Of a stretch of DNA of 64,000 nucleotides, positions 25,843 to 39,521 are shown piece after piece; the first letter of the stretch is position 1; every line of letters begins with the position of its first letter. Both the position numbers and the translations under genes were made by a program. The DNA comes from Octopus sinensis (Eukaryota). Below the pieces are notes generated by a model, which saw nothing but the letters and a program-made list of their open reading frames with translations, ran no database searches and was not told the origin of the DNA. Location: assembly GCF_006345805.1 (NCBI RefSeq), contig NC_042997.1, forward strand, positions 113,956,001 to 114,020,000, given 5' to 3'.

Positions 25843-27527
25843 TCATCATTTAACGTTCGTTTTCCATGCTAGCATGAGTTGGACGGTTTGACCGGGGTCT
25901 GGGAAGCCAGGAGGCTGCACCAGGCCCCAGTCTGATCTGGCAGTGTTTCTACAGCTAGATGCCCTTCCTAATGCCAACCACTCCATGAGTGTAGTGGGTG
26001 CTTTTTATGTGCCACCGGCACAGGGGCCAGAGGAGGCTGGCAAACGACCACGATTGGTTGGAGCTTTTTACGTGTCACCGACACGATATATATCTACACA
26101 TACACATCATTGTCATTATTTAACATCTATTTTCCATGCATGGAAGGTAGCCATTAAATGACGATGATGATGTTTAAGGATATGTCAACCCTAAATAAGT
26201 GATCAATGTTCCAGCCATGATCATCTCCCCTTCGATCATTCATAAATGAGCCTTAGTGTTAACACAGCAGTTTGGACCACCAAATTTCACTTTTCAAACT
26301 AAAACCCAATGAAGAAAGAATATCCTTTACAAAAACCCAAACTACTGTCCACTTTTACACTGTTTTTGACTATTTTCTAACCAGCAGAATTGTCTTTTAT
26401 TTTTCCATGTTTTACTTGTTGCAGTCATTTGACTGCGGCCAGGCTGGGGCACTGTCTTGAGGAATCTTAGTCAAACAAACCAGCCCCAGTATTTATTGTT
26501 TTTGAAAGCCTGGTACCTATTCGATCAGTTCCTTTTGCTGAACTGCTAAGTTATGGAGGTGTAAACACATCAACACTGGTTGTCAAGCAGTGGTGGAGGA
26601 TAAAGAGACAGAAAAACCCCCCCACATACACACACATACTCAATTCATACATACATATATATATATATATACATCATCATCATATATAATAATAATAATA
26701 ATGAAATTATTGTGTACAGTGTTCAGGTGCACTACAACTCATCAAAGGTGCATGTATAGTACATAGAATTGTGTACAAAAGACAGGAAAGTGAACAGTGT
26801 ATGAGTCATGGTATACATGTGTGCATGGGTATGAAGGGGTGGGGTATCAGGTGTAGAGTTGGTGAATTTCAGGAAGCATGGAGGTTTTAAAGGATGCAGT
26901 GTCTTGGCAACTAACAACTGATGCTGGTAGTTTGTTCCATGCTTCAGCAACTCTGACAGGCTTCTTTCAGTTTCTATCTACCAAATCTACGCACAAGGCT
27001 TTGATCGAACTGAGGCTACAGCAGAAAACACTTGCCCAAGGTGCCACACAGTGGAACTGAACCCAGAACTATGGGGTTGGGAAGCAAACTTTTTGTCACA
27101 CAGCCACACCTGCATTTTTTTTTACGTCATGGAAGAACACCTCCTTTCTGTAGATGATGTGCATTCATAACACGTGCAATTCACCTCTGTAAGGAGAATT
27201 CAAGATACTGTGATGTTTTGACCATATTTTGTGTCTCTTCAGTTGAAGCTGCTCCCTTATTAAACTTCTCAGGTGGAAGATGAGAGGAGTCCCTATGATC
27301 TCTATAGGTTCTCCCAGTTTGGTGATATTGATGTGGTTGATCTTCATCTTATTCAAGATGAAAGATGTTTGTAAGGAGGAGAGCTTTCTAAAGGTTTACA
27401 GTTCTAGAGAAAGGATTAGCAGATAGTTAGTTCAGAAGAGCAGAGGCCATTATAGTAGTGGTAGAAGAAGCAAAGAGAGGAGATAGTGTATCTGCAGGCC
27501 TTTGGAAATTAGTCAAATGGCTTCTAT

Positions 27528-27561
<34 letters not shown>

Positions 27562-29373
27562 AGCTGCAGTTCTTTTTTTAGAACTTTGTCGAGAGTTTCC
27601 AGTTGATCATAGCTCTTAAAAGAAATCCTTTTAAGGAATTTTAGGGGTAGGGCAAGAAATAATAGAATGATTCTGGTGGGGATTGTTCAAATTGTTTCAA
27701 TATTTTGACTTTCAGTGATTATAAGTGAAGAAAATTCATTTGTTATAAGTAGAATTGTAATATATATTACTAGTGATAAAATAGTTGTAAGAATAAATTT
27801 TGAATAATCATGGATGAAAATTAGTTGTTCATCATAAAATCCTAATTGTCCTCGTTGGGGTCGTATATTAAATAAGGCTCCTGTTCTTTGGCAATGCAGA
27901 TTAGCAATGTTGCGATGTTTTTGTGTATAATAAGGTTGGGGACCACAAGAAATTATCAGAGATTATGAGACTTAACATCTAGAGTAGGTTTGGGGATTTA
28001 TATTGCTTCCCTGATATGTTGTGTGGTGATTGAATCTTCATCTTTCTGAGTATTTCCCTTTCAGATTTTAATCGAAACTCCTTCACTCAAATGTATTCTT
28101 TTACTGTGAATGAGTTTAGTAATCTAAAAAAGATTGGTAAGTTTTATTATTCAGAGACGTTTCTAGTTGCCCCTCACTTAATACACGCACCTCAGTGTTT
28201 CTTTATTTTAGACTTTTAACCTTTAGTATCTGTTTAGTTTTTGTTGTTGTTGTTGATGTTGTTATCTTCACTTTTCTTCCACAATCAAGGTGGTTATTCC
28301 TTTATTTAGATTTAATTGCGTAACCATGACACTTGAGAAAATTTTAAAATTGTTTCCATTCCTTTACCTGCTTCACTTCCTGTTGGTATTTCTTTGTTAG
28401 AGTTCTAATTACTAATCTCACCTGAAACCATTCTGCAGCTAATTTACTTTATATACTTGAAACAGCCTTAGATTAAAATAATGATATCATAATATATAGT
28501 GTGTGTGTATATATATGCCAGTTGGATTGCCAGACATAGTGTTTCAACCTGATTTGGTTTTCTCTTTCACAAATACCCCAGACATTCTGAGCCAAGCAGA
28601 AAATATTTGTTCTGTTATAGAAATCAGTAAACAAAACATTTACTACAGTTCTATATTTGAGAGATGAAGAAATTATGTACATTATTTATATTGTTTACAT
28701 TATTTACACTTGACGGATATTTGTCCTCATCTTGTTTGTTGTTAACATAATGTTTCGGCTGATATACCCTCCAGCCTTCATCAGGGTATATGGTGTAGTG
28801 GTTAAGAGCGTGGGCTACTAACCCCAAGATTCCGAGTTCGATTCCAGGCAATGACCTGAATAATAATAATGATAATAATAATAACATCAAAAAATACCAT
28901 AGGAATGAGAACCCAGGTTCGAAATTTCCCCAAGACACCAGATAAAGGCTGGAGGGTATATCAGCCAAAATGTGTTAACAGCAAACAAGATGAGGACAAA
29001 TATCTGTCAAATGTAAATAATGTAAATAAAACATTTACTGATTTGTGAAAAAGCTAGCCAGGTTAGAATTGAATTACTGTAACCACTTGGAATAGCATTA
29101 AATTAAGATACCATTCATCCATTTACTCTACCCTCAATCCGTGCTAGGGTTGTTGGGGTAGAGTCCTCAAGCATCTCCTCCTTAGCATCCTGTCAGAAGC
29201 ACCTGTCGTTACACACTCCTGCTGGATTCCCAAGCTTGACCAGCTGAGACCATGGACATCATCCAACAATCTCATCCTTGATCTACCCCTTGGTCTTATA
29301 CCGGTTGGCTCGGCTTGAAGAGTTCATCTTGTGATCCCTTCTTGTGACATTCTAATGACAAGTCTGCAGTCCC

Positions 29374-29410
<37 letters not shown>

Positions 29411-32400
29411 TTGTTTATAAAAATCACCTGAATTTACTCTTCATCCCTATCGTCCTTTTTATTTTGAAGGCCTTCTGAAAAAAGCTCTAGAAAAAGCCTC
29501 TTCAAAGAACACTTGTGCCAAAATCAAACTTGGTAGTCACGTTGCCAGAGCCACCTGCCTACCTTGTGATCTATATCAACAAGCCATCAATACTTTAAGC
29601 CAACTCAGATTAGACATACTTGGAGGTAAGTCAAATGTTTCACCTGACACACTTTTTCTTTACCTTTATTGTAATTTTTGTTTGTTTTCTTTCTAAATCT
29701 TCAATTCTTACTCTAGTTTCTTCTTCCTTTGTTCTTTTGTTTTTTCCTCCATATTTAACTGTCTTTCTTTTCACTTCTTTCCCACATAACCAGTTCCTTC
29801 ATGACTTCCCAATTTCTTCAGTATTGTGTAAAAAACCTTTTTTCAGTATTGATTGGCATTTATTAAAGGAATCGGTCAAGAGAAATTATCTAAAGTATTT
29901 CATTTCATTTCATTTCATTTGGGTTTGAGTCCATGCTCAGGCCAAGTCGAAGACTCCACCCTCAGAGTCTGGTGTGGTTGCCAGGTTGTATTCTCTGCTT
30001 AAATTTGACATGTGTAGGAGCGAGTTTGAGTCAGTTTGTGCTCGTTGTGTATATCCTGGGAGATGGGGTTCATCTCTAATGGTGCTTAAGTATCTATCCA
30101 GTTGCAATTGAATGATTCCACACTGCATCCTGATAGATTTCTGACATATACCGGAATGGAGTTGAACAGTTGTGCTCCTCGAACCAACAGACTTGATTCT
30201 CGCAGGGTTTTTGCTGCCTGGCCAGCCTTTTTGTTGATTGGTGGCAGCTGGCAGCGTCTTCCGTGGCGCAGTGAGTGGTAGGTTTTGATACCAAAGTTTG
30301 GCACCTTCTGCTTTATCATTTTCAAATGTATATAATTCGGTATCGCTCAAATCTTCTTTCTATTGAGTACATCCTCAAGGTTTTGAGTCTTTGCCAATAG
30401 TCCAGGTCCCTCGTTCTGAGAAGTATGAGGTAAAATTTCTTTGGAGCGATTCTATCTTAGATAGTTGGCCCTTTGTTGTTGGTGACCACAACTGAGAACA
30501 GTAGTCAATCCTCGGAAGTATCATACTGTTCCAGAGGGTTTTCATTGTTGAGGTATCTCTTGATTTGAAGGTGCGCAAGATCCACCCGCTGTACTTTCTT
30601 GCAGTAAGACAGACTGAGTCAAGGTGTTCTCTGAATTTTAGGTTGGTTCCCATGTGGATTCCTAAATCTTTCACATACTGTTTTTCCATTATTTGTTGTC
30701 CTGATGGGTTTCTGTAGTTTTTTGTTGTATTTTTCAGATCTTGATCTGTTCCGTAGCGAATTAGTTCAAACTTCTTATCATTGAACAACATGTTTTTTGT
30801 TTCCTGCCATTTATATATGGTGGTCAGGTCCTTTTGTAAGGCCTCTGTATCCACCTCGTCTTTGATTTGTCTCATGACCCTGGTGTCATCAGCAAAGGAT
30901 GAGACGTTGCTGGTTGTATCTTCATCTATGTCAGAGATGAGGATGAGAAACAGGATTGGGCCGAGTACTGTACCCCCTGAGGAACACTGCTGGTCACAGG
31001 TGATGGTGTTGAATGGGTTCCATTCACAGTGACTGTTTGAGTTCTATTTGTAAGGAACTCGTTTATCCATGTACCAACTTTTCCTCCTACTCCTAGCTTT
31101 CGAAGTTTGTGACCCAGGATGCCATGATCTACCTTGTCAAATGCCTTGGCAAAGTCGAGTAGATAACATCTGTGTTGTATCCATTCTCTAGATTTTCTAG
31201 GATTTGGTCATGGGTGCCAGTAGTTGGGAAAGGCATGATCTACCTAACCTGAATCCATGCTGGTTGCAATTCATCAGATTGTTGGATTCCAGGAACTCAA
31301 CCAGTTTTCCACGAACTATTCTTTCGAAGACCTTGATAATGTGTGATGTCAGTGAGATTGGTCGGTAGTTCTTTGGTTTTGATTTGCTATCCCCTTTATG
31401 TATTGGAGTTATGTGTGCTTCTTTATATGTATTGGTATTTTGCCATTCTCCATAGATTCCCTCCATATCATGTAAAGGGGTTTCGACAATTGTGCCTTGC
31501 AGTTTTTAAGTATCATGGCATTGAAACCGTCAGGCCCCGCAGCCGAGTGCATGGAGAGCTTGTCTATTGCTCTTGCTATGTCTTCTGGGTTGAAATCAAT
31601 GTCGGATAGGGTAGGTTTAGTATGGTCGATATCCTTGAAGATTTTCCTGGGTCATGGATCTTCATGGTTTTAGATGGCTCACTGAAGACACTTTCATACT
31701 GTTGACCCAACATTTCTGCCATTTCAATAGGGTTATTCACTACATCCCCATTTTGTCTCTGGAGAGGTCCTATTGTTGACTTGGTGTTCGAGTATTTCTT
31801 TGCAAAACTGTAGAAACATTTTGGATTTTTCTTGATGTTTTCTATGGCTTTCTTTTCTGCATTGCTACGTTCTTCATCATAGTGTTGTTTTAGATTGTCT
31901 TCTAATCTGTATATTTGGTCAAGGACTTTCTGTAATTCATGTTTTGATGTCAGCTTAGATGTTTTGTTTCTTAGTCTTGACCTTTTGCGCATCAGGATCT
32001 TTCGCTCCCGTGGTACAGGTTTTTTTGTGGACTTGGTTTTCTTTAGAGGAACATTTTTTTCACATATTTCTTCGATCTTGTTTAAGAATTTCTTGTGTTT
32101 ATCTGGCCCAGTAAGGTAGAGATCCCAGTCAATGATTTGTAACTGGTTGTTAATAGTTTCCCAATTTGCCTGGTGATAATCATACCTGCATAGCTTTGGC
32201 ATGTCCTTTTGTTTAAGAGTTGTGGCATTGGGCTCATTACCAATGTGTAAATGCATTTCAATAATATTGTGGTCTGAAAGGATTGTTGGGTTGAGTGAAG
32301 GTCAAATAGCGTGTCCTCGTTGTTGGTGAAAACCAAGTCGATCGTATTATTATTTCTTGTTGCTTCTGTCATCATTTGTTTGAGGTATAATTTCTCTGTG

Positions 32401-33134
32401 ACTTCCAACAGTTTGGCTGCCTGTATTTGTTCAGCTTTTGTCCCCAGTTTTAGTATGTGTCCATGTGGCCAGATGATGTTAGGGAAGTTGAAGTCACCAA
32501 GGAGGATAATGTCTGGCATTGGACTTGCCATGTTTCCCAGAATTTGTTGGAGCTTCGTCAGTGGCTCAGTGAAGGATAATGTTGGGCTGTTTGGCGGTCT
32601 GTACATTATTGTTACAACTGTATTAAGTGGATGATTTTTATGCACAGCAGGTTGCAGTAGGCATTTGATTCATTGACAAGTTCTATGCATGCATAGGTAT
32701 CATGGATATACATGATAACGCCCCCATGGGATCTGCCTTGTCTATCACATCTGAAGATGTTGAATCTATTGATTATGATTTCGCTGTTGCGGATGTTTTC
32801 GTTGAGATGACTTTCAGTAATTCCAATTATTTTGGAGTTGTTTTCTGTTGCTAATTCTTCCAAGAAAGGGACTTTACACTGTTTTGTTTTCGGATAAAGA
32901 CCCTGTATTGATGTGGTTGTGAAGTGAACTACTTAAGCATTTGGCCACACTTCACTCTCTCTCTCTCACACGCACACACACACACATACACACACACATT
33001 TAATGTAGTCATTGGTTATTAAAGGTTATATATGGTTATTAAATGAGTTGGTCAAGAGAAATTATCTATTTATTGATGTGATTTTGAAGTGAACTTCTTA
33101 AGCATTTGGCCATATTTCACTCACTCTCTCTCTT

Positions 33135-33171
<37 letters not shown>

Positions 33172-36100
33172 TTTAATGTAGTCATTGGTTAATGGTCATG
33201 GTCAGTCAGAAAGTTCTTCTTGCTGGTCAGAAAGTTACCTGTTATGCTCTTAGCAATATAAGCGACTCCCCAGACCAGCTGGTTGGAGGCACATAACCTC
33301 TTTATTAATGGAGGCAGGAATATAGACTTGGCCAGCCAGGTTTGTGAAAAAAAACTCTGAAATGAAATTCTTCAAAGTGGACTTATGAACAACTGACCTG
33401 ATTGGCCCATTACAAACCTATAACTAACTGTAACTATTGTTCACTGGTTGTTATATAAGATAAATAAAAACGTTTGCTTCACAACCATAATGCCCCAGGT
33501 TCAATCCCTTTCTGTGACTTTTTGGGCAAATAAAGAAAGAGATAATATATCTAAGTTAATAATGTTTAAGGTGGTGAAATGGAAGAATCATTAGAGCATT
33601 GGATGGAATGTTTTGAAGTATTTATTCTGTTTGTGTTCTGGGTTCAAATTTCACTGAGGTCATCTTTACGGTCCATACTTTCAGAGTTGATAAAACCGTA
33701 CTTATCTTGAGTGGTGGATTGGCAGAATTGTTTGAGGGTTGGTCAAGATGCTCTGCAGTATCTATAGGACTCTTTCTTTTATGATGGCAGTGCTTGTAAT
33801 GGCACTTGGGGTACTAGTGCCTAGCAGTATTGGCTCTGACACAACCATTTTTCATTTTGATAAATATTGGTAGAATGGAGAGAAGACAACTGACATGCTT
33901 GGACACCTGCAATTTTTCTTCAAAAAATGTTGTTGCCAGTGCTGCTGGACTGACTCCTGTGCAGGTGGCACGTAAAACACACCATTTCGAGCGTGACCAT
34001 TGCCAGTACCGCTAGACTGGCCCTCGTGCCGGTGGCACATAAAAGCACCCACTACACTCTCAGAGTGGTTGGCGTTAGGAAGGGCCTCCAGCTGTAGAAA
34101 CTCTGCCAGATCAGATTGGAGCTTGGCGCAACCATTTGGTTCGCCAGTCCTCAGTCAAATCGTCCAACCCATGCTAGCATGGAAAGCGGATGTTAAAAGT
34201 TGAGGATGATGATTGCACATAGATGTACAGATGCATGGTCAGCCTTGTCCAACAGAGGGAGCCACCTCATATATTTATTTGCTTCATTGTTAATGTTCAT
34301 AAACCATTGTTTATCATCAAATGTTGTTTACCATTTATTATTTATTTATTTTTGTCTGTCATCTTCCAGGTCTTAGTTACAACAAAGTTCTCCTTCCAAT
34401 ATTGTGGAAATTTCTTTGTGACTTAGGCCCAAGCTGTGGCCTTAAAGTGTTTCTAGAATTGTTCCCTCAGAGCCCCAACACCACCTTACATCCTGTGTTT
34501 AGCCTTCTTTCCTTGTTTTCTGAGTCAGCTGGACACTTGATCACGTAAGTATCTCACATACACAAGGTTTAATTTGTTTTACATCATCCATTTAATTTAT
34601 TTACCAGAGAATTATAAAAACTTGTCTTTCTTTGCCCTCTACATTGTAACCCCACTAATTTCTTCAACTATATTGCCATCCTTAATGCTATTGCATATAT
34701 CCATCAAATAGTCAAACTTAATAATTTACATTATAAGCACAGGTGATTGTGTCGCGTAAAAAGCACCGGCACTGGTGGTGCCACGTAAAAAGCACTGATG
34801 ATGGTGCCATGTAAAAAGCACTGGTGATAGTACTACATAAAATGCACCCAGTACACCCTGTAAAGTGGCTGGTGTTAAAAAGGGCATCAAGCTGCAGAAA
34901 CCATGCCAAAACAGACAATGGAATCCGGTGCAGTTCCTGGCCTTTCCAGCTCCTGTCAAACTGCCCGATCCATGCCAGAATAGAAAATGGGCCATGATGA
35001 TGACGATATTAGGTGTTGATGTTATATATGTTGTAAATTGATTCTAATGGTTTATTGTGTCATCATTATTATTATTATTATTATTATTATCATTATCATC
35101 ATTTCTTCTAATTTCTTTCTTTTTCTCTATTGTCCAGCACCCTTGATGACATTGAGATGTATGAACAACAGCGCATGTTTTCCATTGATGACTATATCAA
35201 AATGAGTGACTTCCTCAATCATTTCGTCTTCAAAGTCATTTGGAATTCGTTAATAGGTACAGTACCAACGTTTGCATTATTAACACCTAATAATTTTTTC
35301 TTCTGTTTTTCCTTCAATTTATAATTAATTGATGCTTTGCGATGGCTGCAATTTGTTCATACTACTACCACCACCACCACCACTACTACTACTACTAATG
35401 CTGCTTTTTTTTTCTTTCCACTTTTTCCTAATCACAGACTTTCAAGTGACCGGCTCTTGTAATGTCTTTAGCGCTGCTCGTAGCCTGCTAATGATTCTTT
35501 ATGAAAGAGATAGTCGTCGGTCATTCACTCCCAAGGACCATTGGCTAATTCGGTAAGTTTAATATTTAAATGTTCTTATCTCACATTAAGTGGAGGCATG
35601 TGGCTTAGTGGTTAGGGTGTCAGCATCATGATCGTAAGATTGTGGTTTTGATTCTTGGACCGGGCGACGCATTGTGTTCTTGAGCAAAACACTTCATTTC
35701 ATGTTGCTCCAATCCACTCAGCTGGCAAAAATGAGTAACGCTGCAATGGACTGGCGTCCCGTCCAGCTGGGGAACACATACGCCATGGAAACCGGAAAAC
35801 AGGGCCCATGAACCTGGCTAGGCTTTACAAAGGGCGCATTTTTATTTATCTCACATTACTTGGTTTCATTGGTTTCACTTATTGACTGACAGATCGGACA
35901 CTAAATTACTATAATTCACAAAATCCTTTCTACTGTAGGCACAAGGCTTCTTCTGGCGCTGGTGTCACATGAAAAGCCCCCATGTTGGTTCCTACCACAT
36001 AAAAAGGAGTGGCAGTGGTGCTGGTGCCATGTAAAAAGCACCCAGTACACACTGTAAAATGGTTGGCATTAGGAAGGGCATCCAGCTGTAGAAATCATGC

Positions 36101-36389
36101 CAAACAGATAAATGTAGCTTGGTGCAGCCCTCCAGCTTGCCAACTCCTATCAAACTGTCCAACCCATGCCAGCATTGAAAACGCATGTTAAATGATGATG
36201 ACGAGGATGGGGCTAGTGAAATACCTCAAACCCAGTGCTTAACTGGTACTATTTTTTTTAACCCAAAAGGTGAAAGGCTAAGTCCACCTATGTGGAATTT
36301 GAACTCAGGACATAATGAGTAGGGAGAAATACCACAAAGCATTTTGTTCTGCTCAGTAATGTTTCTGCCAGCTCAGCAACCTGATAACG

Positions 36390-36423
<34 letters not shown>

Positions 36424-39400
36424 TAACAACAACAATAGTAATAATGATCCTTTCTACTGTAGGCACAAGGTTGGAAATCTTTCTCAAGTAGTACTTATTT
36501 GATTGACCCTGAAAGGATGAAAGGCAGAATTTGAGCTCAGAATGTACTGAGTCAGAAGAAATACCACAAAGCATTTTCCCAAAGCTCTAACAATTCTGCT
36601 AGCTTGCCGCCTTTCCACAATCCACATAATACAGTCTACAAATGCACGAGTTGTTTGTTTATCGTTCAATGAGAGGACAGCAGTAACTTTCACAAATGCA
36701 CATGCCCTAACCACTATTTAGCACAATATTAACCAAGACAACACTAAAACTGTTCATTCTTGTGATGGCAGTCAACCTTCTAGTCGACTGCCATCACAGG
36801 AGGTAAAAACCAAGGAAGCTGTATTTCCTTAGTTTTAACTATTTGCTAATACTGTCGGTTGGTCACAACTCCTGAAAGAAGTGTCACAGAATTTTGGTGA
36901 TAGGAGGGTGGGGTGGGGGTGAGGAGTGGTTTGAACATAGTGTATAGAGTCTGAGAAGATGTCACAAGGAATCTTTTTGGACATTCTTATATTTCCTCAA
37001 TCCACTGCTCTGGATTTTTTTTTTTTATCAGCTCTGAAAGAATGAAAACAAAGTTGAGTGGAGGGGTATTTGAACTCAGAGCACGGAGAGTCCGAACAAA
37101 TACTGTGAGACATTCTGTCCAGCACTCTAACCAGTCTGCCAATTTGTCACCTCTGCAAATTCCCATGAGGATTACATTTGGAGTGAAGTTTATTATTGGG
37201 GTTCATGTTTTTCTTTTTGTCTTGCAACATGCTTCGGTGATCCTGTCAATGATGGTGCCAGGTTAAAAACACCAATGCTGCTGCCATGTAAGGAGCACCG
37301 GTGCTGGTGTCACATAAAGAGCACCCAATACAGTCTATGAAGTGGTTGGTGTTAGGGAGGTTATTTAGCTATAGAAACCTTGCCAAAATAGACAATGCTG
37401 CCTGGTATGGCTCCCAGACTTGCCAGCTCCTGTCAAACCATCCAACCCATGCCAGCAAGGAAAATGGACATTAAATGATGATGAGTTCTTAGTTTGGAAA
37501 GGCATAGGCACAGACAGGTGGTTAAGAGGCTTGCTTCCAAACTACGTGGTTTTGAGTTCAGTCCCATTGCATGACACTTTGGGCAAATGTCTTCTACTTA
37601 TTATGCCTAGTTGGAAAAATTCTTTGTGAATGGGTTTTATAGACAGAAGCTGAAAGAAGTCCATCGTGTGTGTGTGTGTGTGTTTACATTTGCACTTTTC
37701 TTTAAAAAAGTTGCTCAGCTACAAACGATAATGTTGTCATTTTCCTTGTCAACAAATCTTTTGCTGTCTTTGCACATTTAAAGATGTGTAAAATAAGGAA
37801 AATTAATTACATGAATAACAAATGAGGGTTAGCTTCAGCGGGAGCATTCAGCTGTAGTATGCTGCCTTGAGAAGTCGTGCCCAGCTTTTATCAACATGAA
37901 AAAATAACTGATGTAAAAACAAGGTGGCTTGGTTAGAAAGAGTTATGTTTAACAGAGAAAATGAGAACAATATTAGAGAGAGGGGCATTCAGTTTTTGAA
38001 GAATGTGGGTTAGATGTGATGACAACATGAAGACAGTCATGTTACTTATGATGCTGATGATGTTCTTTTTTCATTTTTGTAGAGATGTGAAACCATCGAC
38101 TATAATTTCTGAACTGGAAGCTGGCAGAAAAAATGCTCAATTTATTATGCAAAAGATTCCACACATTATACCATTTAGTGAGGTAACTATTTTATTGTTT
38201 GTCCTCGTTGTACCATTTAGCGTGGTCATAAATATCAAATGGAAATTGTAGTTGTGATACCTGTGCCGGTGGCACGTAAAAAGCACCATCCGAATGTGGT
38301 CGATGCCAGTGCTGCCTTGACTAGCTTCTGTGGCAGTGGCACGTAAAAAGCACCGACCGATCGTGGCCGCTGCCAGCCTCCCCTGGTACCTGTGCCGGTG
38401 GCACGTAAAAAGCACCCACTACACTCATGGAGTGGTTGGCGTTAGGAAGGGCATCCAGCTGTAGAAACACTGCCAGACCAGACTGGAGCCTGGTGCAGCC
38501 TCCTGGCTTCCCAGAACCCGGTCGAACTGTTCAACCCATGCTAGCACGGAAAACGAACATTAAACGATGATGATGAGGATGATGATTGTTATATTGACTT
38601 CATGGTTCAGAATCCTTCTGAATGTGAAAAATCAAAAATAAAGCCTGTTAATGTTATGTTACTAAAGTAAATATTTCTCATACTTTTAATTAATTAGAGA
38701 TACACTTAAGCAGTGTTGAATGAAATTTAAATGTGGACAGTTGTCCGTTGGTGGTGTGAGGTCATACAAAGACCCCCTCCACTACATATATAAACAACAG
38801 GCTTCTCTCTGTTTCCATCTACAAAAGCCATTCACAAGGCTTTGGTTGGTCTGATGCTATAGTAGAAGACACTTGCCCAAGGTAGCACACAGTAGGACTG
38901 ATCCCAGAACCATGTAGTTGGAAAGCAAACCTCTTACCATACACCCATACCTGGACTTATGACAATCTTGACTTGCTTTTCTTTCTTCGTTCTTATTTTC
39001 TTCTTCTCACTGCTTTGTTATTTGTCTTCTTGTTTTTCTTCCCCTTCCTTTTTTTTTTCCTCACATCTTTTATTTTTGAAGAAATCATCATCAAATTTAT
39101 TCTCTTGTTGCAGCGAGTAGTTTTGTTCCGAAAATATGTTATGAAGGAGAAAGATTTCCTTGGACTTACCGAATCTGTTTGTACATCTCCACAGTCAACA
39201 CTAATAACAATCCACCGGTCTCGTATAGTCGAGGTGAGTCTAATTTTATATAATTCCACTGCCTCAAATTTCTGCATTTCTTTAACTTTTAATTTATTTT
39301 AATTTATTTTTGTTTTCCCATGTAAACCTTTGTCACTGTAGAAGAAATGAATATTACAATATTTACCTCAGGTTATATCATGCTGATGATTTCAAATAAG

Positions 39401-39470
39401 GACGAAATGGTACTATACATTACCATCTATGGTTAGAAATTTTAAGATTTTTGTAATGAGTAAAAATAAA

Positions 39471-39521
<51 letters not shown>

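Noticed and set aside
28786-28858. tRNA gene (also 21262-21336 and other SINE heads)
   Set aside because: A and B boxes are present but the acceptor stem does not close, and the heads are embedded in TSD-flanked repeats, so they are tRNA-derived SINE heads.
39378-39420. CTGATGA...GGACGAAA hammerhead-like string
   Set aside because: Stem II lacks its closing pair and stem I does not form; likely chance or unrecognisably decayed.
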